This document shows, piece by piece, positions 1-10,300 of a stretch of 64,000 nt of DNA (its first letter is position 1; each line of letters starts with the position of its first letter). Location: the IMG/VR virus record IMGVR_UViG_3300045988_121005. The stretch is one strand, 5' to 3'. The stretch comes from a virus. The notes under the pieces were generated by a model. That model was given only the letters and a program-made list of their open reading frames with translations, was not told the origin of the DNA and did no database searches. The position numbers and the translations under genes are program-made.

Positions 1-93
1 CGTTTTTCCCGTTTGGAAAAAAAGAATAAAAATGTTATACCGGTCGGCGGGCAATAGAATACCCGTGGCCGGTTTGTTTCACATAACTTTTTT

Positions 94-276
94 TTGGACA
101 TGAATATAGCACACGAATCTAAATCGAATAAAACCCCCTTGTATTTAATAGGAGAGTTGATTGGCGTACCGAATACGGTTATGGACTCAGCATTGCATGA
201 ACTGAAAGATAGAATAGACAAAGACCCTAAATATAAAGATGTTAAAAATTGGCTCGAATCTTTACCCAAGATCTGA
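94..276 (+). CDS. Hypothetical small protein (60 aa).
   Basis: Plus-strand ORF. A rho-independent terminator follows at 296-333. Confidence 0.3.
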   Translation: MDMNIAHESKSNKTPLYLIGELIGVPNTVMDSALHELKDRIDKDPKYKDVKNWLESLPKI

Positions 277-295
277 ACCTATTTTTTTCAATACC

Positions 296-333
296 AGGCC
301 CGATGCGATTTTAACGTATCGGGTTTTTATTTT
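296..333 (+). terminator. Rho-independent terminator.
   Basis: Hairpin CCCGATGCG-ATTTTAA-CGTATCGGG followed by TTTTTATTTT. Confidence 0.55.
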
Positions 334-403
334 AATTCATATTGTTTTATTTTAAATCTAATTAATTCATTGATGTCGTACATTTGTTGAAAAACTATTC
401 TAT

Positions 404-631
404 ATGGAAAATAAGGAAGATTACATTGGTTACGAAGACCAAGAGCTGTGTAACCAGTATTACAAAGAGGCTGAAGCCATGAGGCAAAAGCAGGACTGGC
501 CTCGGCTTAGGGCTGTCCCTGCTCCGGCTAAGGGAACGCCATCGCCCGGCTGGGGTCAGCTTGGACGTGGAAGTGATGTCCGTGTTAAGTACGTTAGCAT
601 CAATTCAGGATTGGGAGGGGATAGGTTATGA
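404..631 (+). CDS. Hypothetical protein (75 aa).
   Basis: ORF in a plus-strand operon; its stop overlaps the next start (ATGA). Confidence 0.4.
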   Translation: MENKEDYIGYEDQELCNQYYKEAEAMRQKQDWPRLRAVPAPAKGTPSPGWGQLGRGSDVRVKYVSINSGLGGDRL

Positions 632-843
632 CTGTAGAAGAATTGGCTAATAAAAGATACAGTGGCGAATTTGTTTTCATGCTTGGTCATTTGGAATGTG
701 TAACAAGATTTGTTTTTGAATGCTTTGATCCCAGACCTGATCACGAAGGTAAAAATACCTATATGGTTTCCTATTTTGATAAGCGCATCCGTAGAAGAGA
801 TGTGGTGGATGTACCGTGTTATATGAATATTTTGCTAAAATAA
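628..843 (+). CDS. Hypothetical protein (71 aa).
   Basis: ORF, translationally coupled to its neighbours. Confidence 0.4.
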   Translation: MTVEELANKRYSGEFVFMLGHLECVTRFVFECFDPRPDHEGKNTYMVSYFDKRIRRRDVVDVPCYMNILLK

Positions 844-1046
844 TGGAAACATTAATCTTAAATGTACCTGTATTTTCCGGTAAGATTATTTCTCCTACAT
901 GGATTAAGGCCGTAAGGGATTTCCAATCCAGATCGAAGGTAGAAAGAGACTTGTATTGTTCGGTTTGTGGATGTACAGGAGGGTGTAACTTATGCGATGA
1001 TGTAAGTAAATATAGGATTTCAGAACAACTAAAATATTATAGATAA
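816..1046 (+). CDS. Hypothetical Cys-rich small protein (76 aa).
   Basis: ORF with a CSVCGCTGGCNLCDD cluster; overlaps the upstream ORF. Confidence 0.4.
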   Translation: MLYEYFAKIMETLILNVPVFSGKIISPTWIKAVRDFQSRSKVERDLYCSVCGCTGGCNLCDDVSKYRISEQLKYYR

Positions 1047-1047
1047 C

Positions 1048-1683
1048 ATGGTTAGAATCGCATATTTCGGAACCGATGGCCACCCTGGTCATCACGTTAT
1101 TCCAATACGAGGTAAATTCACAGAAGAGGATATTAAGGTAATAGAATCTGTAGATTGTGATGATTTCTATAAGGTGTTTGACGTCATGCGTTTTAAGATA
1201 GCTGAGTTTAAAGGATGGACGATATTGGGAATCCCGGCAAGCTTAGACGATCATAGACCTGGAAGCAAAACCGTTATCTTCATAGAGGGTAAAGCTAACG
1301 AAGCTGATTTTATGGAAGTCATACAAGAGTACTCTTTTCTTAAAAATAAGGTAAAGAAACTTACCGAATTGTATCATGATGGAGAATGGCTTGCGACTGG
1401 TAAATTGAATCAAGATCCGCCTACTAACAAGGAGCGGTTTCAATTTACATTAGACAAGGATGATATTATTAACATGATTAGGGGAGTCATTTTAGATCCT
1501 TATTCTGATGTGGCGAATGAAATGGAGAAAATAGGATTGGGATTATCATCTGATTCTTCATATGAGGGTCCCACATGGTCTTGGTTTATTAACAAAGTAG
1601 AACTTTGGCAGAAGAATAATGTATGGGATAGTTTCTCCGCTGAGTTTTTGTGGGATTTGTATTGTAGGATAAAGAAAGTATAG
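1048..1683 (+). CDS. Hypothetical protein (211 aa).
   Basis: Long ORF; its start is 2 nt after the upstream stop. Confidence 0.6.
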   Translation: MVRIAYFGTDGHPGHHVIPIRGKFTEEDIKVIESVDCDDFYKVFDVMRFKIAEFKGWTILGIPASLDDHRPGSKTVIFIEGKANEADFMEVIQEYSFLKNKVKKLTELYHDGEWLATGKLNQDPPTNKERFQFTLDKDDIINMIRGVILDPYSDVANEMEKIGLGLSSDSSYEGPTWSWFINKVELWQKNNVWDSFSAEFLWDLYCRIKKV

Positions 1684-1694
1684 TAACAATTAAT

Positions 1695-2450
1695 TTGAAA
1701 CAAATCATGGGATTAGACGATTTTAAAAAAGATGTAATTAGAGTGATGACAAAAGAAGAGTTCGAATCAGCAATCAACGAAGATATTAAATTCGTTGAAG
1801 GAATTAAGCATTTTTTTAAACATGATGATGCTACGAGGGTAATGGAACACGTAAAGTCCGTGTTAGAAGCATCAGTGGACTACTGCTATCCGAATCATCC
1901 TGAACCTAAAGCAGAACCTGGAGACATGGGAGAGGTTTCTGATGGATACCATACTTTCAATGAATTGTATCGGTACCGCATGTTGTATAACGCTGCCTTC
2001 TTTAATCTATTAGCCAGAAATGGACAGGTTGAAGTTTGCAAATCAAGGAGACACAGCGACGGAGAAAAATGCTTCGGTTCTGATGATTGGTTTATTGTGA
2101 TGGCGATCCTACCTACCGGTCAGGTATCTAATCACTATGAAAGCAAATACTGGGATTTGTTTGATGTTCCTGAAAGAGAAACCGCTTTCGAATACGATGG
2201 CCATACACCAAATGAAGCTGCCGACAGACTTAAAAAGTATCTCAAACTGCCTCGTCGTGGCATGACATTCGAACAGGCTTTAGAACGGCTTAAATTAGGT
2301 CGTAAGATAAAAAGAATCGATTGGGGTAAAAAGTATATCTGTATGTTTGACGTAAATATATTGATGGTAGATACAGGTCAAAAAGTAGCATCAAATTGGA
2401 ATCCAACCGAACATGATATTATGTCTAATGACTGGGAGATTGCGGGATGA
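1695..2450 (+). CDS. Two-domain protein with an unknown N-terminal domain and a C-terminal DUF2829 (Tad2-like) domain.
   Basis: C-terminus reads MTFEQALERLKLGRKIKRIDWGKKYI...DIMSNDWEI. This matches the DUF2829 pattern MxFxEAL..LK.GKKI.R..W...DxxAxDWEi and is paralogous to ORF 61243..61587. Confidence 0.65.
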   Translation: MKQIMGLDDFKKDVIRVMTKEEFESAINEDIKFVEGIKHFFKHDDATRVMEHVKSVLEASVDYCYPNHPEPKAEPGDMGEVSDGYHTFNELYRYRMLYNAAFFNLLARNGQVEVCKSRRHSDGEKCFGSDDWFIVMAILPTGQVSNHYESKYWDLFDVPERETAFEYDGHTPNEAADRLKKYLKLPRRGMTFEQALERLKLGRKIKRIDWGKKYICMFDVNILMVDTGQKVASNWNPTEHDIMSNDWEIAG

Positions 2451-2722
2451 GTTTGTTTGTATGTTCAAAATGTGGCTGTATAGATAATACAGCCACATCA
2501 TATTACTGGGCTCTTATAAGACCTTGTAAGAATCGTATTTACGATAAGTCGCTAAAGGGATATGAAGGCAAGCATCTTTGTTCTGAATGTGCCGCTATTG
2601 AATATAGTAAGGAAGGCGAAGTGGTGGTAGTTCCTGGAACGTGGCACGGTAAGTTCAAGAAAGAATGGCCTACTGAAGAAGAAAAGAAACATATTGGTAA
2701 AAACGGAATATTAAATTTATAG
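2447..2722 (+). CDS. Hypothetical zinc-ribbon-like protein (91 aa).
   Basis: CSKCGC...CSEC cysteine pairs; 4-nt overlap with the upstream gene. Confidence 0.5.
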   Translation: MSLFVCSKCGCIDNTATSYYWALIRPCKNRIYDKSLKGYEGKHLCSECAAIEYSKEGEVVVVPGTWHGKFKKEWPTEEEKKHIGKNGILNL

Positions 2723-2724
2723 TC

Positions 2725-3030
2725 ATGTGCAATAAAGAAATCGTGATATGCGCTGCCATCTGGGTGCAGGACGGCAAGAAGCGTCCCTATCAGCCCACCA
2801 ATATACCATCCGGAACCGTGTTCTGTGGATTGAGACACCCCTCTATACTATCTCAACTTGCGGCATACGGTATAGCCCATAAAAACCGCAGTGTTCAAGG
2901 ATTTTTGACAAGCAAGAATCGGTTTTTAACAAGAGAGGAAGCGTCTGAACTTGTTAGAAACAATAATCAGGAGATGGTGGTAGATAGGAATGCCATTAGA
3001 GAACAGTTGTATTCAGAAGATTTGTATTAA
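2725..3030 (+). CDS. Hypothetical protein (101 aa).
   Basis: ORF in operon context. Confidence 0.5.
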   Translation: MCNKEIVICAAIWVQDGKKRPYQPTNIPSGTVFCGLRHPSILSQLAAYGIAHKNRSVQGFLTSKNRFLTREEASELVRNNNQEMVVDRNAIREQLYSEDLY

Positions 3031-3047
3031 CTAAAAAATAAAACAAT

Positions 3048-3398
3048 ATGGGATTTATAATCAGAAAGTCAATCATTTATAATATGATGGACGGCAATCA
3101 GTTAGAGTATGAATTTGACAACATAAATTTAGATCATATCACATTTAAAGGTAATGGTAAAGAACCTTTTTCATTTAACAGAGTCCTTGTTGAAAATTTA
3201 ATTGAGACATTTGAGACTATGCAAGATATATACTCTGATAATTACGGAATTAAGGTTTATACCGGTAATTGCATAATTCAACTGAATGTAAATCCAAAGA
3301 ACTTAAGTGAATCCTTTTTTGACGTATATGATAGAGATGGGATGAAATTGATATATAGCATACAAAATAGTATCTTGAAAGAAATGTTTGTCATATGA
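3048..3398 (+). CDS. Hypothetical protein (116 aa).
   Basis: ORF; 4-nt overlap with the next gene. Confidence 0.5.
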   Translation: MGFIIRKSIIYNMMDGNQLEYEFDNINLDHITFKGNGKEPFSFNRVLVENLIETFETMQDIYSDNYGIKVYTGNCIIQLNVNPKNLSESFFDVYDRDGMKLIYSIQNSILKEMFVI

Positions 3399-3712
3399 TT
3401 ACTAAACAAGATATACAAGCAGCAGCATCGTATATTTTCCGAAGCAGTTTTGTCTCGGAGGACCAGGCAAGGAAAGCAATGGTAAAAGCCGGCAATAACG
3501 CTACCAAGATCCTCGTCAAGACCTTTAGAGGCAAGTTGTTCAAGAAAGCTTTTGAAAGAGCCCGTAGAGGAAAGGATATCAGTTCTTTTGAAAGACAGGA
3601 AAAAGAAAGTGGTTTCAATTTTCTACATAATCCTAATAATGGTCGTATGCAAAGCGGTCATATTATAATAGATGGAATTGGTCTGTTTAAACAAATAATT
3701 CATGAAAGGTAA
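3395..3712 (+). CDS. Hypothetical basic protein (105 aa).
   Basis: ORF. Confidence 0.5.
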   Translation: MITKQDIQAAASYIFRSSFVSEDQARKAMVKAGNNATKILVKTFRGKLFKKAFERARRGKDISSFERQEKESGFNFLHNPNNGRMQSGHIIIDGIGLFKQIIHER

Positions 3713-3872
3713 AAAAGTTGATATTCGTTTAGGCAGAGGTCTGGCGAATCAGATTAAGATAAACAAAACCATTCCAGTGTCTCATAAACCAAAAGAAGAA
3801 CGTCGAATGATGTTTATTTGTGGTGATGATATTGCTTCTCTTATAAAGCGGTTTGAAAACGAATCAAAGTAA
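3702..3872 (+). CDS. Hypothetical small protein (about 56 aa; below the ORF-track cutoff).
   Basis: ATG at 3702. It ends just before a strong terminator. Confidence 0.3.
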   Translation: MKGKKVDIRLGRGLANQIKINKTIPVSHKPKEERRMMFICGDDIASLIKRFENESK

Positions 3873-3878
3873 TATAAA

Positions 3879-3908
3879 GTCGGACATGTGTCTTGTCCGA
3901 CTTTTTTT
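3879..3908 (+). terminator. Rho-independent terminator.
   Basis: Perfect 8-bp stem GTCGGACA/TGTCCGAC followed by T7. Confidence 0.7.
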
Positions 3909-3921
3909 ATATATTTGTGGC

Positions 3922-4245
3922 ATGGCAAGAGGTTATTATTGGATACCACAAACAGATGAAACGTTAAATGGCAGAAGCTATTACGTGGCTAAGATAGTAG
4001 GAGATATCACGTTTGATACTAAACGAAAAAGAATCGTATTTCAAGCTGATAGGTATTTCCCTGTAGGATCTGTTTTCCATTTTACGCACAATTGCTTCAA
4101 TTATATCATAACTTGCCGACTTCGTAAGCCGGGGCTTTGGTTTGAAGCCAGGAGAGAGGATTCGGGCCCTATTTGCCCTGAAGATATTGAGCGCTTTGAA
4201 TCGGGAAGGTTTATACACCGAGATGGGTACATGCATTACATATAA
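3922..4245 (+). CDS. Hypothetical protein; start trimmed.
   Basis: The ORF-track start at 3853 would be translated through the terminator hairpin. The ATG at 3922 follows a TATATTTG (TAnnTTTG) box. Confidence 0.45.
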   Translation: MARGYYWIPQTDETLNGRSYYVAKIVGDITFDTKRKRIVFQADRYFPVGSVFHFTHNCFNYIITCRLRKPGLWFEARREDSGPICPEDIERFESGRFIHRDGYMHYI

Positions 4246-4298
4246 GCCGAACTTGACGATTTTTCGTCAGATTATAATTTTTTTTCATATTATTTTTA

Positions 4299-4348
4299 AG
4301 CCATCAGACTGAGAAGTTAGGTGGCTTTATTTTTTATGATATGCTTTA
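4299..4348 (+). terminator. Rho-independent terminator.
   Basis: AAGCCAUC...GGUGGCUU stem (including one G-U pair) followed by a U-rich tract. Confidence 0.55.
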
Positions 4349-4362
4349 TTTTTAACTACCTT

Positions 4363-4370
4363 TGTCTCAT
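4363..4370 (+). promoter_or_regulatory. Candidate Bacteroidetes-type -7 promoter box (TACCTTTG).
   Basis: TAnnTTTG motif about 18 bp upstream of the giant-ORF ATG. Confidence 0.35.
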
Positions 4371-4387
4371 AACAAAAATGTTTTATC

Positions 4388-7300
4388 ATGGTATCAACGT
4401 GTATTATTAAAAGAGATAATAAAAAGAAAGTTGTTTCTGTCTCTACCAGATCAGGGGACAGGTCTATGTTGTTTGATAAGATAGCATCTATTCCTCTTAT
4501 GGAGAACAGGGAACGGGCTACTACTGTTTTTAAAACCGTATTTTCTAATAAGTTCTTAAAGGATTTTGGCGACTGGAGAAAGAGAGTGCCTATCAACAAA
4601 CCGGCTTATAATAAGGTTAAATCCAACATTGATCTTATTCCGGAAGCTTATAGAGAAAGGGTACTGGATAAGGCTTCTAAGATGAGTAATCCTGTTCTTG
4701 TATCAAAATCAGATGCAACTTATGGGATTCAAGAATCAGGCTTCGGATTCTATAGCCAAGATCTGGGTGATAATATTATGTTGGTGGATGCTATGATCCC
4801 ATCAAGTATTTCCGTACCGGAAGAACCAGGAATAGACGCCGGGCAGTATTTACAAGATGCTATATCTTCGGACTTCACTCCCGTATCTGTGGTACAGGAT
4901 AAGGGTGTTAATTATATGGTTATAAAAGACGGTCTTAAGATATTTAGCCCAGAAGAGCTACCAGAAACAGATTCTAATCCTGTGGGTGTAACGTATCAGA
5001 CTGGAGAGCCTCGTTTGTTTTTCATGAACGATCGTAGTCAATTATTTGAAGATTACGGAGAAGCTCTTCGCTCTGGCGGGAATGATATTAGAATAGGATT
5101 CTTATCAGGAACCGTTCAAGAATCTACCGTGGATGGCGTGGCAGACATTACTTACAAAGCTGGAAAGTATGTTCTTAATAATCCCAAGTCTTTTATACCG
5201 GTCATGACCGCTTCTGCTTCTACTTCTTTATCAACAAAAGGCGGGATAATTAACTACCTTATAAAGAAAGGTCTTTTGTCAGGATCTAAGATATTCGATT
5301 CTGAAACAAGAAGCTATTATCTTACAGGAGAAGGTTATACAGGACAAATTAGACTTTTCAATTCAGCCTTATCATACACCGAGCTCCGTAATCATTTTGG
5401 TTCCGATGTTTCCATGAACGACCAAGGTATGATAACCATAAGCTCGTTGGATAACAGTAAGGTAACTATGAGACTCGCCACCGGAGGAACGGAAAGGGTT
5501 AGTAGGGAACAGATAAAGAACGATCTTAAGTCAGGAAGATACAATGAATTGGACGCCAAGTACGATCATTTTGATGCGCTTGTAGTTTCATTCATATTAG
5601 AAGATAACGATCTTTATGCTGATACTAAAGCTAAGATCGTATCAGATTATAGCAGGCAGGAACGTGACCAACGAAATTCTATTGTCGAGATACTGAAAAC
5701 GCTTGGCGTTAGTGTCATAGGTATGACCGACTATATAGAGAAGTACCAAACCAAATACGGGCACGAACCTTCTGCTAAGGCATTGGCGGATATTGCTAAT
5801 AACGTAATAGCAGTTGGTGAAGATGCTACTTTATCTGATTTAGTAGAAGAAACAGCCCACTTCCTTGTAGAGGCATACAGAGATCAGAATGCTGTTGAGG
5901 CTGTTCTGCAAGATGTGGAAGGTACGGAAGAGTGGAACCAGTATGCAGGTCAGTATTATAATACATACGGTAAGGTATATGAAGGAGCTGAGCTTGATAA
6001 TGCTGTTAGGAGAGAAATTCTTGGAAAGATCCTCGCCAGGGAGATGCAGACCGGCACAGCACAGGCGCCGGTAGAGCCCACCTCCTTCCTGGGGCGCGTC
6101 CGGCGGCTTTTCTCTGGAATAGTAAGCTGGCTTAAATCAGCTTTATCAACCCAAAGACAAGATTTGAATAACGTTATTAAAAACATTCGTGATCTTGCCA
6201 TTACTGACATAGATAAAGGATTTGACACTTCTCTGTTAAAGGATAATGACTTTACATTATACTCCCTTTCTTCTATGAACAAGAACAAGTTTCTTGAGTC
6301 TAAGATCAGATCGCTAAGAAAAACATTAAGAGACTTACGTCAGATAAGCTCTGATAGGGCTGTAACTACGTCTATGACCCTTGCTCAGCTTAAGACCATA
6401 GAAGATAAGATAAATAAAGTAGAGACCGAGATAGACAAGAATGAGATGGCGGCTGCCATGAACAGCATGATCTCCACAGCCGAAGCTCAGGTCAGATACT
6501 TAAGCAATGTGGTGAACACCATCCTTCATGGTGATACCAAAGACGGTAAGCTTCACTTCAATACCAATGATCGAAAGAACGTAGATATTATCAACAATCA
6601 GGTTCTTCCGATCATGAACGATCTTCGAGGATATATCCGTAACAGAAGTACCGAATTTGATGAACGTGAAAAGCAGGATTATACAAATAGGATCAATACC
6701 GTCATTGCCGACATCAATGGTATTCAGTCTGATATTAAATCAGTACAAGACCTTGATGAAAGTACGTTGCTTGATAAGTTAATGAACGAACTTCATGTGC
6801 CGGCAGATAAGGTAAAGAGAGTAAAAGAATTTTTCGACAAGGTTCAACACGATGTTTCTTGGATAAGTAGGTGGTTTGGTATATTAGAGCATTCTTCCAG
6901 TCCGTTCAATAACGCTCTTGGAGCTATGATTGCCAAAGACAATTACAATGCGATGGTGAATGCCCAGCCCGCCATATCCGACTTCCTGGCATATGCTAAA
7001 AAGCATGGTTTTAACAAATCTGAATTTGAAAAACTGCTTCAGAAAGTAGACGGCAAAACTTCTAATTACCTTCGTAGTGCTCTTGATATGGCTAAATACG
7101 ATCGTAATAAGAAGCTGGCGCAGATGCGAGCGTTTGCGACTGCCATGAACATAGAGATATCAGAAGAAGAAATTGGTGATGTGGTTGACAATAACCGTAA
7201 TTACGTATTTAAAAGAGAAGTAGTTGACAAGGATGGAAATACGGTTACTGAAAACGCTAAATTCAAACCATCGTCTGATAGAGTTAATACCGATATTTTT

Positions 7301-10300
7301 ACCATCGAGCAGGAAAAGATTTATACAGAACAGATGGAAAAGTGGGATGCTGAAAATTCGGAACTGGAATTTAGTGAAAGTTATGCCACAAGAATGGAAT
7401 CCATATACAAAAAGGCCGAAGAAGAATTAGGGCATCCGGTTTCTCAAACAACTAAAGAATATCTTAATGCTCTTTCCCGGCAAAAACGGATATTGAGGCA
7501 GCCTTTTATTGATAGCGGTGGTAATTTTGATGAGGTTGCTTACTATAAGAGTAGTAACTACGAAGAAGAAGGACTGCTTCGTAAACAACGTAAGGAAGCA
7601 GCTTCGGAATACATATATGTTGGTACCAGACGTGTTGAAAAAACCGGAGACCAGCTTAAGATGGCTAAAGAAATACAAGCCATAAATGAAGTTTGGAGAA
7701 AAGAATCAAATAATGTCACTAATGCCGTATCAGAATCATTTTTGGAAAGATTGAGAACGATTCAGCGTGAGTCTGGAGGGGAAGCTGCGCTGAAGACGCT
7801 TATGTTGGGGGGTCACCTGTCATTCAACGATCGGTTTTGGAATGATGTAGAATCAGAACAGTCGGCGCGTACCGAATCAAATAACAAGGCTTCATATCTT
7901 AAAATGGCGCATGATATCATTAGTTCTACGACAAGTGATAGAGATGCAACTGACGTGGATTCGATTGTAAAAGATATAGAAAAAAATAAGGCCATTATCA
8001 AGGAAATAATCGGAAACAACCGAGATGTGGCTGATATCGGAGAAATTAATGAAGCGACATTTACCTCATCTGAAAGAGATGCTTTTAGGGCCGCATCTGA
8101 AACTATTGAAGCCGATTACGCTATTTTGATAGATTATGCTAAGATGGTGGGTCTTGAAGATATTGATAAATACCTTACTAAAAGCAGTAAGGCTGAAAAC
8201 GAAGTCAATCAGTCTTATTTAAATGCTCTTGCTGATTCCAAGGAAGTGGAATGGAAGTTTGTGCAACGTCATACTACGGCGAAGAAAGCAAAAAGGATTC
8301 AGGCTTTAAGGGATAAGCTATTTAAGGCTGCTGATAACCGATATCTGTTTACCGTATCTGAAACCAACTACCTGTCAGAAAAGCTTGGAATAAGCAAAGA
8401 ATTAGACGGTAGAGATTTTAAGAATGCTGTCAATGCTAAGATGGCCAGCTTATTTTTAAATAATACAAGGGAAGAGGGTATAGAAGAAGCCAATGCTATT
8501 GTTAATGAATTTGCCAGGAGCCAGGTCTTTTCGTACTATAAACGCATGGCGCCTACCGGATATGCGGCTATGATCGACAAAATAGGTCGAGGTGAGATAG
8601 ATGTGGCGCAGATGGTTAAGGACGTACAGAATGGGACTTCCACACAAGATTATGGTATGGACATATCATACCTGTCTTTCGACCCTGCAAGAGCGTGGGT
8701 GGCTGAATCTGAGGCCGAAAATAGCGGTCGTAACCCTGATTATGTAAAAGATCATGGGTATGGTCATCGTATGCCCAAGAAGAGCCTATATCGTGATGAA
8801 TCGTATTTCAACGACTTCGGCATTAAGTATGATGCTGATGGTAATGAGGTCGCTACTAAAAACGTAGAGCAATGGAATATGATTCAAAAACTCAAGGAAA
8901 TAAAAAGACAATCCCTTGATCTATATAAAGAGCAGAGCCCTAATCTGTATGCTATTCCACAGATATCCAAACAAGATATAGAACGTATAGAAGGGTTAGG
9001 TATCAGCCTTAAAAGTACGGTCAGGAACTTCGTATCCGACTTATGTCTTGACCGCGTAGATGACTCCCTGTATGGTAAAACACGCCAGGGTGAGGTATAT
9101 GATCCGGAAGATAGGGTTCGGTCCATACCTAAATACTACATATATGAATTAGAGAACCAAGATGACGTATCTCACGATTTTGGCTACTCTTATTCGATGC
9201 TTATGATGCAGTCATCGTTATACAACGAAAAGCAGAAGTCTATAGAGCTTGCCCAAGGACTAGAGCAGATGTTACTGAATAAACAATTTGAAGGCGGTAA
9301 GAAGGCTGAAGCAACCCAAGCATATCAGATGTTCAGGGACTTCTTCAACGATCATTATTATGGCATTAGGATGAACACCAAAAAACTGACGGTAAACATC
9401 GGTGGATACACAGTAGACCTTACCAGGATAATGATGGCCGTTGAAAGATTTATGTCGGTCATGAACCTGGCGCTGTCCCCGTTTGTGGCAGCTACCGGCG
9501 CCCTGACAGGTCATATCAACCTCATCATGGAATCTGCCGTAGGACAGTATATAAGCAAAGACTCCCTTAAATACGCATCGGCTGAATTTTCACGCCTTGC
9601 TCCATCTTGTATAGCAGAAACCGGAGACATAGATAGGAAAAGCAAATTATATGTCATAGGTGAGAGAATGGGGATATTCAATATCCGAAATCGTATGTAT
9701 GGTGCCGGATACAATAGAGTGGCCAGGACCTTAATGCGTTCACCTATGTATGCTTTTATGGAAATCCTGAACTACCCTCTTGATCCGCAGGTTATGATTG
9801 CTACTATGGACAATGTTCGTTATTACAAAGGCCGGTTCTACACGTTCCAAGATTTCAAGATGGAAAAAGAACGCAATAAAGAACAGAGTACCATAAAAAG
9901 AGAATGGAATGCATTAAAAGATCGTACTTTATGGAGTATGGTAGATGTCGTGGATGGGAAGGTGGTTGTAAAGCCCGGATCAGGTGTTACTGTTGAGGAA
10001 GTTGAAACCCAGATGGCTATAACCAGGAATCAAGTCCGTAGCTTGTCGCAGATATGTAACGGATCTTTGAATGAAGAAAATCGAACTGCCGCATCGCGCA
10101 ACTGGATAGCCAGGTTCATGACCGCCCACCGAGGATGGTTGGTGCTGGCGGCTCAACGCCTGTGGAAAAGACGTGGCTTCAATTTCCAAACAATGCAAGA
10201 AGAGGAAGGGTTGTCAATTACGTTAAAGAATATGATAGCCAAAACATTTAGCTTAGCTTCCGAGTCTGGTATGAAAAACATCATAGATGCCTGGAACGAA

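Noticed and set aside
3853-3921. ORF-track start at 3853 for the 130-aa ORF.
   Set aside because: Translation would run through a perfect 8-bp-stem/T7 terminator hairpin. The downstream ATG at 3922 after a TATATTTG box is preferred.
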